Positions 41,003-50,254 of a DNA stretch of 64,000 bases are shown here, piece by piece. Each line of letters begins with the position of its first letter. The first letter of the stretch is position 1. Position numbers and translations under genes: made by a program. The DNA is from a virus (taxonomy: Duplodnaviria > Caudoviricetes), in IMG/VR virus record IMGVR_UViG_3300047564_006189, positions 125 to 64,124 of that record. One strand, given 5' to 3'. Under the pieces are notes generated by a model that was not told the origin of the DNA, searched no databases, and saw only the letters and a list, made by a program, of their open reading frames with translations.

Positions 41003-41621
41003 GCGCCTCGTTAACCAACAACCTGACAGACTTTACTACTTCAAGTGTGTACAGCGCGTCTTCAAGTGGATCATGATTGCCGCGTTTTTCTAAGCCAACT
41101 AGTTCAAAAAGGTGGTCTGATTTATACTTGCCGAATGCAATGAGCCCCATGCCAGACGTGTCAAGTAAAACATGATGAACATCAAACATCAGACCGTGCG
41201 GCTGAAGAAGCTGGCGGGTGAAGCTGATGTCAAAACCAACGTTGTGGCCGAGCACCATAATTTTTGGGCTTGGACCAAAGTATTTGATAATTAGCTCGGC
41301 CAAATCTGCGGCTGCCTCTTCTTGTGTTATTCCATTTTCTTCAAGAAATCCACGAGTCATGCCGTGGATTCTTTGCGCGTCGGCGCTCCACTTGTATTTT
41401 GCTGGTTCATATTTGACATATCGTTTTAATGTGTCAACTACTTCAAAATCAGACAGCCTAAAAATTACTGCACCAAAAGCAATCCCTTGGTACTCAAGAG
41501 AGCTATCTCCGCCAAAATTGGAACCGGTTGTTTCCCAGTCGATACACAAGGCCAAGTTCGGAATTGCTCCACCCTTAGTAATTTGCTGCTGTTTATTTTG
41601 CATGATGTAGGTCCTTTGCAA
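40989..41621 (-). CDS. DEDDh 3'-5' exonuclease (DnaQ-like)
   Basis: IDWETTG, GHNVGFD, HDPLEDA. Confidence 0.88.
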   Translation of the reverse strand: MQRTYIMQNKQQQITKGGAIPNLALCIDWETTGSNFGGDSSLEYQGIAFGAVIFRLSDFEVVDTLKRYVKYEPAKYKWSADAQRIHGMTRGFLEENGITQEEAAADLAELIIKYFGPSPKIMVLGHNVGFDISFTRQLLQPHGLMFDVHHVLLDTSGMGLIAFGKYKSDHLFELVGLEKRGNHDPLEDALYTLEVVKSVRLLVNEALGNV

Positions 41622-42237
41622 AATTCTTAATTTGCGTAACGCGGTACGCGCGTTCAGAATATGAGATCATTTTAATAGGAGGTCCCAAGAGCGAAGTGCT
41701 CAACATTAAAATTTCGTCTTGAATCCACTGCCGTGAATCGTATCCTGCTCTATTTGCGTCTTGTTCAAAAATAACACCGTCATTTATTAAAAATAAAGCG
41801 ACTCCACTGTAAAGCTGAGACTGCATGATTAGGCATTTTTTAGTAAATGCATCTGTCCAAAGTCGGAGTTCTTCTCGATACTCGGATGGCAGATGCCATG
41901 ATCTTTCACTCGACAAAACTTTTTTAACCCACAAGTGCGTGTACGCCGCAACATCAAATAGTGAACGCTCAACAATTATTGTTTTATTCTTTAATCTTGG
42001 GTTGTCTAGAAGCTCGCCGTCGTGGTCAACCTTTTGACCTAAAATTTCCATTTGGAACTCAATAAGTTGTTCAGGAGTTTCATATGCTTCTTCTAAAGTA
42101 GAATAACCAAACTTTTTTTGGACAGAACGACTGACTTTGAAATCGTCAACATAAAAATCTTGAACTGATTTTAAGTCATTGATTGTAGTACTTTTCCCGG
42201 TACTGTGAGTTCCGCTAAAAGCAATCATTTTTGCCAT
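41593..42237 (-). CDS. P-loop kinase/ATPase (AAA_28 / dNMP-kinase-like)
   Basis: FSGTHSTGKST, IVERSLFDVAAY. Confidence 0.75.
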   Translation of the reverse strand: MAKMIAFSGTHSTGKSTTINDLKSVQDFYVDDFKVSRSVQKKFGYSTLEEAYETPEQLIEFQMEILGQKVDHDGELLDNPRLKNKTIIVERSLFDVAAYTHLWVKKVLSSERSWHLPSEYREELRLWTDAFTKKCLIMQSQLYSGVALFLINDGVIFEQDANRAGYDSRQWIQDEILMLSTSLLGPPIKMISYSERAYRVTQIKNFAKDLHHAK

Positions 42238-42330
42238 TATTTGTCCCTGTAGATAATATACTTATGGTGCATTATATCACGAAATTTGAAAATAAACAGC
42301 TTTTTTGCTTATTTCTTACTTAAAGAAACA

Positions 42331-42369
42331 AGGGCAATTCAACAGAAGTCAAATCTGTCGAATTGCCCT
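42331..42369 (-). terminator. long hairpin/terminator
   Basis: AGGGCAATTC.ACAGA...TCTGT.GAATTGCCCT. Confidence 0.7.
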
Positions 42370-42383
42370 ATCTCATTAGGCTT

Positions 42384-44564
42384 TTACGTAAGTGCTATCA
42401 TTTCTATATTCGGCGTTGGGAAAGAAATTATCGGAGAATTTAGATAACTTGAATTTGGTTTTATAGCAGTTATTTGTAGTGATATTGACCCAATGATTGG
42501 GCCAACTCCCTGCTTTAGAGAATATTTGACAGCAATCTTAACATCCTTACCGTTAATGCCTTGTGTATTTGCTGAAATGTCGTATTTAATTGGTAGGGTA
42601 GCATCATTATTTTGGCAAACCATAGCTTCTATAATGGTGCTAGGCGAAGAGGTTAGCGCATAGTAGCCGCCGCGATTAGGCATATTCCTGGATTTGTTTA
42701 GATCAGTTACCACGATCGGGTCTTGCGCACCACCATAAGGGCTTGGTATTGAATTTTGAATAATTGGGCCGCCGTAGTCAACTAATTCATAGCCTGGGTA
42801 TGTTTTATAAGCGGCAAATGAATTATCAAATTGGTAAATGGATTTAAAAGAACCTCTTTCATATATTGTGTCTGTGTTAAACAAGCCAGTAATATACGTA
42901 TCACCAACTAAACCCAAAACATCTTTTAGTGCCGCATTAGCTGCAGCATTGGCACCGACCGGGTTTGGAGAAAAGCCACTAGAAATTTTAATTTTTCCAC
43001 CAGAATTAAAAAATACATGTGCTTGTTCAAGAGTTGAGAAGCTAAGATTGATTTCTGCCGATCTATATGAAAAAGGTGAAGATAAACCAAGCCATGCAAT
43101 ATTGTCTGTTGTAGAAAACATAACAGTAGATGAAGACGCAGCATGAGATAAAACTGCACTATTCTTAATTAGTGAATTTACTGCATGTTCTGTTTTATCA
43201 TACTCCCTCAGCAACGTTGTTAGGCCGCAATTAATTGCTGGAGAAGCATTCGGTTCAATTATAAATCCACGAGTTGAAATATTGTCAAGGGCATCATCAT
43301 TTCCCTGATGCATTGCAATGTTTCTAAATTTTCCTAAAAGGTTTAACCAACTAGAATTAGTTACCACGTCCAGTGTTGGCAATTCTGTTTGACCATACCC
43401 AAAAGCTTGTGGCGTAATCACTACATCGGTTACAGTAATAGATTTGCCAGTATTCTCTTCAAGCGTATTCATCCTCATTAAAAACTTAACATTCGCGGCC
43501 TGCGGATCATTAGCTAATAAAAATGTGTCATCAGACAACACCGTTGGATCAAAGTCTGCCGTGTAACGTACAACATCTTTAGTAATTCTGACATTATCCA
43601 TTAGTCCGTAGAAAGACCATAGATTAGTTGGGCGGCCCAGACCGGTCAAATTTTGACCAATGAAAATATCTCCTGTGGCATTTGGCGATACCCAACCAGA
43701 TTTTTCTAATATTAATTTACCGTTCAGGAAAATTGCTATATTTCCTGATCCAAACGTTACAGCAATATGATTCCATTCATCTAATTTAACTACATCTAAT
43801 TCTGAAGACTCTGCAGTAAAATCGGCATCATTATAATATCCCGTAATTACTGTGATCGTTCCTCTTTCAGTTATGTTTAATCTCCACGCGGTAAGTCCAG
43901 GGTCAGTAGCAGAAATTTGCTTAATTAAAGTCATCATGCTCATGGATTTCGGTAAAACCCACAGCTCAATCGTTCCAGAAGTATATGTGCTCAAATTAAA
44001 ATCAGCAGATCCAGACGCTTCGATCAGCGAAGTTTTCCCATTGAAGCTTGCGGCGCGATCAGATACATCTGTCGGGGCACCTGCGATCAGATTATAACTC
44101 GCAACCATTGTGTTGTATTCCTCAACACCAGCAACTGGTATTGACGTGCCTAATGATTTCCAAACGCCGCCCTGGTTAATCAAGATTGTTGAAGTGATAG
44201 TATTATACCACAACATTCCCTCAAAGGTCATGCTGCTAGCAGGCGCGCTTGAGTCTACGTATACATTATTGACTGGCTTCCAACTAGAACTCGCATCATA
44301 TACTTTTAGTAAGTTAGAGCCGCTGTCAAACCACAGTTGTCCTGAGGTTGGCGCGATCGGCGCCGTTGGACTTGAGAAATTTTCAAGCATTCTGATGAAG
44401 TTTTCTTGTTGGCCTTCACCATAGCGTGGTGCCCCTTTACCAAATAAAACTATTGAACACTGCGAGGTGCCTGTGGTGGTGCCTGGATCTAAAGCTACTT
44501 TTGGGGTAAGTGTGATTGTTTGCTTGGTGCTTGACGACCAATTCAAAATATAATCTTGCATCAT
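42384..44564 (-). CDS. tail/baseplate-associated virion protein with a LamG domain
   Basis: LFGKG...YGE..QENF..MLENF...P..GQLWFD N-terminal motif of large-myovirus tail proteins; TIELWV...WNHIAV LamG. Confidence 0.75.
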   Translation of the reverse strand: MMQDYILNWSSSTKQTITLTPKVALDPGTTTGTSQCSIVLFGKGAPRYGEGQQENFIRMLENFSSPTAPIAPTSGQLWFDSGSNLLKVYDASSSWKPVNNVYVDSSAPASSMTFEGMLWYNTITSTILINQGGVWKSLGTSIPVAGVEEYNTMVASYNLIAGAPTDVSDRAASFNGKTSLIEASGSADFNLSTYTSGTIELWVLPKSMSMMTLIKQISATDPGLTAWRLNITERGTITVITGYYNDADFTAESSELDVVKLDEWNHIAVTFGSGNIAIFLNGKLILEKSGWVSPNATGDIFIGQNLTGLGRPTNLWSFYGLMDNVRITKDVVRYTADFDPTVLSDDTFLLANDPQAANVKFLMRMNTLEENTGKSITVTDVVITPQAFGYGQTELPTLDVVTNSSWLNLLGKFRNIAMHQGNDDALDNISTRGFIIEPNASPAINCGLTTLLREYDKTEHAVNSLIKNSAVLSHAASSSTVMFSTTDNIAWLGLSSPFSYRSAEINLSFSTLEQAHVFFNSGGKIKISSGFSPNPVGANAAANAALKDVLGLVGDTYITGLFNTDTIYERGSFKSIYQFDNSFAAYKTYPGYELVDYGGPIIQNSIPSPYGGAQDPIVVTDLNKSRNMPNRGGYYALTSSPSTIIEAMVCQNNDATLPIKYDISANTQGINGKDVKIAVKYSLKQGVGPIIGSISLQITAIKPNSSYLNSPIISFPTPNIEMIALT

Positions 44565-44640
44565 ATCTCCTAGTGCCTGCTGGCTCGGGCAATTATAACA
44601 ACTTAGCGTGGTACCAGTATTTTCACGCCGTGCTTAAACG

Positions 44641-44675
44641 TATTTATAAAAAAAGCCCTAGTGTAATACTAGGGC
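44641..44675 (-). terminator. phoH terminator whose T-run runs into a late promoter (TATAAATA at 44641-44648)
   Basis: GCCCTAGT/ACTAGGGC stem, then TTTTTT-TATAAATA on the minus strand. Confidence 0.75.
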
Positions 44676-44712
44676 CCAAGCGTGATAAACACTAAGCGGT
44701 CAATAAATTATA

Positions 44713-45492
44713 CTACTCTACCCCTCCATATAAGGTTTTAAAACCCGCTTGTGGTCGCGCTGGTCCTGGGCCATCGAGGTGTGTCAGGATGGTTGTGATG
44801 ATTGGATTTCTAACAATGTCTGCCCGGTCGAAGGTACAGACCATAATGCTTGGGTCAATGCCTGTGAGCCTGTCTGAAAGCCATGATAGCGAATTTTCAT
44901 TCTTGTTTGATGGCAAATCAGATTGGGATGGGTCACCATTGATGGCAAAATGAGAATCATAACCAATGCGGGTGATGAACATGCGAAGCTGTTCGCGTGT
45001 TGCATTTTGCGCTTCATCAAGGATGACAAAACAGTTATTGAAACCACGACCACGCATATACGCGAGAGGCGCAATTTCGATCTTGCCACTATCCATTAAT
45101 TTTTTAGTCATGGTAGGGCCGATATGGTCTTGAATACTATCGATTAACGGGAGTAAGTAAGGGTGCAGTTTTTCTTCCATCGTGCCTGGAAGAAACCCGA
45201 GGTGTTCGCCGGCTTCGACGACTGGGCGGGACAAAACAATTTTGGAAACTTGATTTGAGAGGAGTTTTTCCAGAGCGAGCGCGGTAACAATAAAAGTTTT
45301 ACCAGAGCCAGCTGGACCTAAACATATTGTGATTGTCGACTCGCGGAGAGCGTCAATATAAAACTCCTGAGCGGCATTTTTTGGCTGTATTTTATGCTTT
45401 ATAAATATTTCTCTTTCTGCTAATGGCTGCGGATATTTTTGTTTTGGTGACCGCAGAGGTGTCGCTTTTGCCTTTGTTGCAGATCTTGCCAT
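44713..45492 (-). CDS. phoH: PhoH-family ATPase
   Basis: GPAGSGKT, RPVVEAGE.LGFLPG, AYMRGR, ILDEAQN, GDPSQSD; start moved to MARSA. Confidence 0.93.
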   Translation of the reverse strand: MARSATKAKATPLRSPKQKYPQPLAEREIFIKHKIQPKNAAQEFYIDALRESTITICLGPAGSGKTFIVTALALEKLLSNQVSKIVLSRPVVEAGEHLGFLPGTMEEKLHPYLLPLIDSIQDHIGPTMTKKLMDSGKIEIAPLAYMRGRGFNNCFVILDEAQNATREQLRMFITRIGYDSHFAINGDPSQSDLPSNKNENSLSWLSDRLTGIDPSIMVCTFDRADIVRNPIITTILTHLDGPGPARPQAGFKTLYGGVE

Positions 45493-45596
45493 TTGTAATG
45501 TCCTTCTCTTATAAAAGTTCAAAGGGAATTTGCTCTGAGAACTTAGACTATGATAAAACTTGGCGTACCTCCTTTCTAGAATTAATTTGAAAAGTC

Positions 45597-45959
45597 TTAG
45601 TCTTGTTTTCTTAGAACATACTTAATCCAATCCAGAACATTCATTTGCTCTTCATCCTTAGATAAAGTTGCAAAAGGTTCTCCTGCGTACAGGCTGGCAT
45701 AAAGCCATTGTACAAGTTCAGTTAATTCAGATTGGTTGAGTTCTTTGACAGCATTGAGAGTTTCTTCGGTTGGCGGATGTTCTCTCAATTCATGAATTGC
45801 GACAGCTGGGCGATATTTGAAAAAATGCACAAGGTTTGCAATGAGCTGTGTTTGGACTGTATTGGTTAATTTACCAGCGCTGATGACCTCTTTGAGAATC
45901 ATGTAAATCTCAATCGGGATAAGACTTTCGAAGACTGGTGTGATTTGAGATAATTTCAT
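45597..45959 (-). CDS. hypothetical late protein
   Basis: TATAAATA at 45996-46003. Confidence 0.65.
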   Translation of the reverse strand: MKLSQITPVFESLIPIEIYMILKEVISAGKLTNTVQTQLIANLVHFFKYRPAVAIHELREHPPTEETLNAVKELNQSELTELVQWLYASLYAGEPFATLSKDEEQMNVLDWIKYVLRKQD

Positions 45960-45995
45960 TTTGTGTTATATGGTTAGGTTAATCATGTATGAATC

Positions 45996-46067
45996 TATTT
46001 ATAGGATTTTTTTCAAAGACAATTTAAGTTTTACAACTTTTATTACACGAATTTTTCAATATAAATA
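45996..46067. promoter_or_regulatory. divergent pair of T4-type late promoters
   Basis: TATAAATA on the minus strand at 45996-46003 and on the plus strand at 46060-46067. Confidence 0.7.
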
Positions 46068-46087
46068 AACTAAGGAGGTAAATTAAT

Positions 46088-46285
46088 ATGGAAAATAATA
46101 CAGAATTCGATAAAATAGATTCCTCTCGGTGGGAAAGCATGTCTGTTACTGAATTGCTTGAACAAAAATCAATCATGTTGAACAGATATTTTTATCTTTC
46201 GGCGAGAGGAGTTCCATACGCGCAAAACTTAAATTCTGGTATCGCTCAATTAGATAATCTAATCAGCTCAAAAATCACCGGCTAG
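46088..46285 (+). CDS. hypothetical late protein
   Basis: TATAAATA plus AAGGAGG RBS. Confidence 0.7.
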   Translation: MENNTEFDKIDSSRWESMSVTELLEQKSIMLNRYFYLSARGVPYAQNLNSGIAQLDNLISSKITG

Positions 46286-46958
46286 TTTTCACCTTTCTCT
46301 GAACTTTTACTTCCTTTATTTCTTTCGTTTCTGGAGGAACAAAGTGTTCAGTGACAACATCACATAAGCCGTATTTCTTACATTCTTGTGGAGTTAACCA
46401 GCGATCAGATGGTGCGAGCAGAATATCTTTAATCTGTTTTTCAGTCATGTCGGAATGCGCCATAAAATATTTGATGAACTGCTGTTCAAGCTGGACGTGA
46501 CGTTTTTGTCCTGCGATAAGCTCATGGTGCTTGCCTTCGAGGTATGAATAAAATTGGTGTGCCATAATCGCAGAATTCTTAGTTAAGATCCTACGGCCCT
46601 TATGACCTGCCGCAAGAATCAATAACGCCATCGAAGCGATCAGCCCAACTCCTACTGTTTGAATTGGCAAGCGCGAGGTTTCCATAACATCGATTATGGC
46701 GAATCCATCTGTTACGTGGCCGCCTGGACTATTAATAAACAGATTTAATACGTATGAATCTGGAAGAAGCATGTTTGCTTTAAGCAAAAATTCTATCGTG
46801 TATAATGAAGATTCTTCTGAAATTTCGCCAAACAACATGTGCGAACCTAATGCCTGAATGGAAAAATTATCCATTGGCAGCAGGCTTAAGCCACTGGCTG
46901 AGCTTCCCTGATCATCTGAACCATCTGAAGTATTATTAATCTGTTTTAATGATTTCAT
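46275..46958 (-). CDS. clpP: ClpP-family protease subunit
   Basis: FINSPGG, GLIASMA (Ser), IMAHQ (His), DRWLT...YGLCD (Asp). Confidence 0.9.
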   Translation of the reverse strand: MKSLKQINNTSDGSDDQGSSASGLSLLPMDNFSIQALGSHMLFGEISEESSLYTIEFLLKANMLLPDSYVLNLFINSPGGHVTDGFAIIDVMETSRLPIQTVGVGLIASMALLILAAGHKGRRILTKNSAIMAHQFYSYLEGKHHELIAGQKRHVQLEQQFIKYFMAHSDMTEKQIKDILLAPSDRWLTPQECKKYGLCDVVTEHFVPPETKEIKEVKVQRKVKTSR

Positions 46959-47011
46959 ATTTTATGTCCAAAGATTATGGTGAATTTGAATGTTTGAGCT
47001 AGCTGTTTCTA

Positions 47012-47057
47012 GTTTCGCTCAAGTGTATTTACACTTTAAAATACGCATGAGCGAAAC
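47012..47057. terminator. long hairpin downstream of the RNA ligase
   Basis: GTTTCGCTCA.GTGTATTT...AAATACGC.TGAGCGAAAC. Confidence 0.6.
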
Positions 47058-47080
47058 GCACTTCAATTTAAGACAATGAT

Positions 47081-48214
47081 TTATTCAACCTCCCCGATGC
47101 TTTGTAGCAAGTTAAGTTGCCTTAAACTAAATTGGTCCTTCAGCAGATTTTTAATAAAGAAGCCTTTGAAATCTGGATCTTTCCCTGAAAATTTATTCAT
47201 CAGCAGCCCAAATTCTAGATGTTCTTTATTTTTAATCGCGAAATCTTTTCTTTCTAAATGCTTATCTTGCTCGAAGGCTAATTCTACTCGCGAAATTAAT
47301 TCTCTTAGAGAAGCTAGCACTCTTGCCTCGATGTTGATAATTTCATCGATGTTAACGCCTTCACCGGTTAATACTGATTTGATGTCGTCGAGTTGTTCGC
47401 TAATGGCAAGTTCAGCAATATCGCGTTCACGCAAGAATGTCATCGTGCGGTGTCTTTTTAGATACCACTCGGTTTTCAACTTGACCATCTCGCCATCTTC
47501 AAATTGAACAATCCAACCCTCGATGCCCTCAACAGTCTTGGCAAGTTCCACCAAATGTTGTCCAAGCTTTTCTTTTGGCACGTCAAATGCAGGTTCATCA
47601 ACCACGCCAATATTAAACTCAGCAGATAGCGATTTTATTGATTCACTGGAATAATATTCACCAGTAACATTGTGTCGAACATGTAGCAAGCGCAATTCTT
47701 CTTGTGGGTAATATAGCACGATCCTGGCGTCAGGAGCGGTCCACTCAAAAATCGCGGTGCAATTTTTATCCGCTAGATGTGAACACAGTGAGCGAACATT
47801 TGCGCCAGCCTCTGAATTAAACCAACGAGTAGCGGAGATGGCCACATCGGATGTTAATGATTTTTTTGATTTTAGTCTTACCCCATCTGGTGTAATAACG
47901 GTATGAATCATTGAGCCATCACGTTTATCCATCACGCGAACAACTTTTGTCCAATCCACTTTTGATAGTAGGGTTTCTTCTCTTTCATTTACATTAAAAA
48001 ATTTATGAAGTGGCCTACCAATAACAGCTCCAGATTTATTGTTAAAAACAATCCCGCGGCATTCTCTCGCCCAAGAAGTGTTGAATGTATCTTGAGCCGC
48101 AATCATGTAACAGAAAGAAATAATATCTTCTTCAAGAAGCATTTTTCGAATTTCTTCTTGTTCGCCAACTTCGTACTGCAGCTGTTCAACGTGTGTAATA
48201 TTTGGGAATTGCAT
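47081..48214 (-). CDS. RNA ligase 1 (T4 Rnl1-like)
   Basis: RECRG, KFFNVNE, motif I KRDGS, FEW, EGWIV, KLK. Confidence 0.9.
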   Translation of the reverse strand: MQFPNITHVEQLQYEVGEQEEIRKMLLEEDIISFCYMIAAQDTFNTSWARECRGIVFNNKSGAVIGRPLHKFFNVNEREETLLSKVDWTKVVRVMDKRDGSMIHTVITPDGVRLKSKKSLTSDVAISATRWFNSEAGANVRSLCSHLADKNCTAIFEWTAPDARIVLYYPQEELRLLHVRHNVTGEYYSSESIKSLSAEFNIGVVDEPAFDVPKEKLGQHLVELAKTVEGIEGWIVQFEDGEMVKLKTEWYLKRHRTMTFLRERDIAELAISEQLDDIKSVLTGEGVNIDEIINIEARVLASLRELISRVELAFEQDKHLERKDFAIKNKEHLEFGLLMNKFSGKDPDFKGFFIKNLLKDQFSLRQLNLLQSIGEVE

Positions 48215-48267
48215 TTTATCAGTGCAAACAGTAGATGTATTTTAAAATAATTTAATCGGGATTGATT

Positions 48268-48298
48268 TCTTCGGCGGGAATTAAATTCCCGCCGAAGA
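48268..48298 (-). terminator. hairpin terminator
   Basis: TCTTCGGCGGGAAT/ATTCCCGCCGAAGA perfect stem. Confidence 0.7.
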
Positions 48299-48305
48299 CG
48301 GTAGA

Positions 48306-48491
48306 TTACAGATATCCTAGAACCAAAGCTGCTGTTACTGCAACGTTTACGAGCAGAACGCCAGCTGTTGCGAGCAGTGTACGCTTGATAAGTGTAAGCT
48401 GCTTGTCTTGATCAAGATTTTTTTGATCATACGCCGAAACGAAACTTTTGAATTCGTCAGCAGTAAAAATATTAGAATTCATGATCTTCAT
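48306..48491 (-). CDS. small membrane protein
   Basis: C-terminal hydrophobic helix; AGGAG RBS. Confidence 0.6.
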   Translation of the reverse strand: MKIMNSNIFTADEFKSFVSAYDQKNLDQDKQLTLIKRTLLATAGVLLVNVAVTAALVLGYL

Positions 48492-48581
48492 TATGTGTTA
48501 TCTCCTATAGTGTTAGCAAAATATAATTTATATTATATTGTAATATTAATTTCTATTTATTATCTTAAATATTAGTATATT

Positions 48582-49085
48582 TTACGAAATACTTTTTAAA
48601 AAGCTTTCATATTCTTTTTTCTGCATTGGGTCCTTAGCAATTGCGGCTTCACCTGCTGGCCATGGTCCTTTGAGCACATGCTTTGCGTAAAAATAAGCGT
48701 AATTTGGATCTTTCGCAATTGCTTCTTCACCTGCTGGAAATGGGCCGTTGAGGACATCATATGCATACTCGATTGCCCAATCTGCGTCTTTCGCGATTGC
48801 AGGTTCACCGGCAGGCCAAGGTCTTTTAAGGACATTCCTTGCGTATAAATATGCCCATTTAGCATCTTTCGCAATTGCGTCTTCACCAGCCGGAAATGAT
48901 GTTTTAAGGATCTGTCTTGCATAATAATATGCCCATTTAGCATCTTTCGCAAGTGCGGCTTCTCTCTTCTTTAGTTCTTCGGGATTATTTTTATATACTT
49001 CCCAAAAAAAATTTGGCACTTCATTATGCAGTTTATCATAGTGATCGAGGGTTTCCGGGTTTGCATGTAATTTGTATAAGTTCAT
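48582..49085 (-). CDS. 26-aa helical repeat protein, paralog B (4 full repeats plus cap)
   Basis: AKD..WA..YA..VLK..(F/W)PAGE.AI repeats. Confidence 0.85.
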   Translation of the reverse strand: MNLYKLHANPETLDHYDKLHNEVPNFFWEVYKNNPEELKKREAALAKDAKWAYYYARQILKTSFPAGEDAIAKDAKWAYLYARNVLKRPWPAGEPAIAKDADWAIEYAYDVLNGPFPAGEEAIAKDPNYAYFYAKHVLKGPWPAGEAAIAKDPMQKKEYESFLKSIS

Positions 49086-49088
49086 GAT

Positions 49089-49766
49089 TTATTTCTTTAT
49101 TGACCAGGGTTTTCCTTTAAGGACATCTCTGGCGTATGCAAATGCGTACTCTGGAATTTTCGCAATCGCGGCTTCGCCTGCTGGCCATGGTTCTTTGAGG
49201 ACATTTCTGGCGTACGCAAATGCGTACCCTGGTTTTTTCGCAATTGCGGCTTCACCGGCGGGAAATGGTCCTTTAAGGACATCTTCTGCGTACCTGCGTG
49301 CAGATTCTGCATCTTTCGCAATTGCGGCTTCACCCGCTGGAAATGGACCTTTAAGGACCTTTTCTGCGTACGCGAGTGCGTACTCTGGATCTTTTGCAAT
49401 TGCGGCTTCACCCGCTGGAAATGGACCTTTAAGGACCTTTTCTGCGTACGCGAGTGCGTACTCTGGATCTTTTGCAATTGCGGCTTCACCCGCTGGAAAT
49501 GGACCTTTAAGGACCTTTTCTGCGTACGCGAGTGCGTACTCTGGATCTTTTGCAATTGCGGCTTCACCTGCTGGAAATGGTTCTTTGAGGACATCTCTGG
49601 CGTAATAATATGCGTACTTTGGATCTTTCGCAAGTGCGGCTTCTCTTTTCTTTAGCTCTTTAGGATTGTTTCCGTATTTGTGCCAAAATAAAGCTGGCAC
49701 CTTATCATAGGCTACATCGTAGTGATCGAGGGTTTCCGGTTTTGCGTGTAAGTTGTATAAGTTCAT
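49089..49766 (-). CDS. 26-aa helical repeat protein, paralog A (about 7 repeats)
   Basis: same repeat; N-terminus MNLY.LHA.PETLDHYD shared with paralog B. Confidence 0.85.
   Translation of the reverse strand: MNLYNLHAKPETLDHYDVAYDKVPALFWHKYGNNPKELKKREAALAKDPKYAYYYARDVLKEPFPAGEAAIAKDPEYALAYAEKVLKGPFPAGEAAIAKDPEYALAYAEKVLKGPFPAGEAAIAKDPEYALAYAEKVLKGPFPAGEAAIAKDAESARRYAEDVLKGPFPAGEAAIAKKPGYAFAYARNVLKEPWPAGEAAIAKIPEYAFAYARDVLKGKPWSIKK
49318..49551 (-). repeat. three identical 78-bp tandem units
   Basis: units start at 49318, 49396 and 49474. Confidence 0.92.
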
Positions 49767-49801
49767 GATTTATTTCTTTATTTTCATGGCGCAAGAATAA
49801 T

Positions 49802-50032
49802 CTATTTATTTTCATAATCATCATGCTCATCTTCAAAATCATCAAAATCATCTTCCAGCTCATCAGTTTTAAGCTGATTCAAATATCGCTTAAAATTGAT
49901 TTTTTGCTGACGTTTAGCTTGATGATCATCATATTCTGCGTACCCGCGCTTTTTGCCTTTCTTTTTTGAATGCTTTTCAACGCGTGAATTTTTGATGTAA
50001 AGATCCTCTTTTGACATAATCCTATTTCTCAA
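49802..50032 (-). CDS. small protein with basic N-terminus and acidic C-terminus
   Basis: KKKGKKR...EDDFDDFEDEHDDYE. Confidence 0.6.
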   Translation of the reverse strand: MRNRIMSKEDLYIKNSRVEKHSKKKGKKRGYAEYDDHQAKRQQKINFKRYLNQLKTDELEDDFDDFEDEHDDYENK

Positions 50033-50250
50033 TTAAAGTTGATAAAAGTTTTAAAGCTAAGTTTAATATCTTCAGTTATATTTAACATTTTCTTTAATGT
50101 ACCTGTTGCATACGCCCACTTACGTGAAGAATCTTTCTTCTTGGGAAATTTTTCTTCGGCTGCATCTTTTGCCCTGAGCCATAGCTCTTCTACTTCCTTT
50201 TCCGATTTATGTGCTTTTTCTGCAAAAGATTTTATTATAGCGGCTGGCAT
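50029..50250 (-). CDS. small ChaB-like helical protein
   Basis: MP...KS.AEK...EVE.LW..AK...WAY..G.LKKM. Confidence 0.55.
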   Translation of the reverse strand: MPAAIIKSFAEKAHKSEKEVEELWLRAKDAAEEKFPKKKDSSRKWAYATGTLKKMLNITEDIKLSFKTFINFN

Positions 50251-50254
50251 AATT

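Noticed and set aside
49318-49551. 78-bp repeats as a CRISPR array or DGR template/variable pair
   Set aside because: They are in-frame coding units with no spacers, no adenine-specific mismatch pattern was evident, and no cas or reverse transcriptase gene is in the window.
48596-49633. Alternative-frame and antisense ORFs over the repeat genes (48596, 49072, 49097)
   Set aside because: Open frames are a by-product of tandem repeats lacking stops, with no RBS or promoter support.
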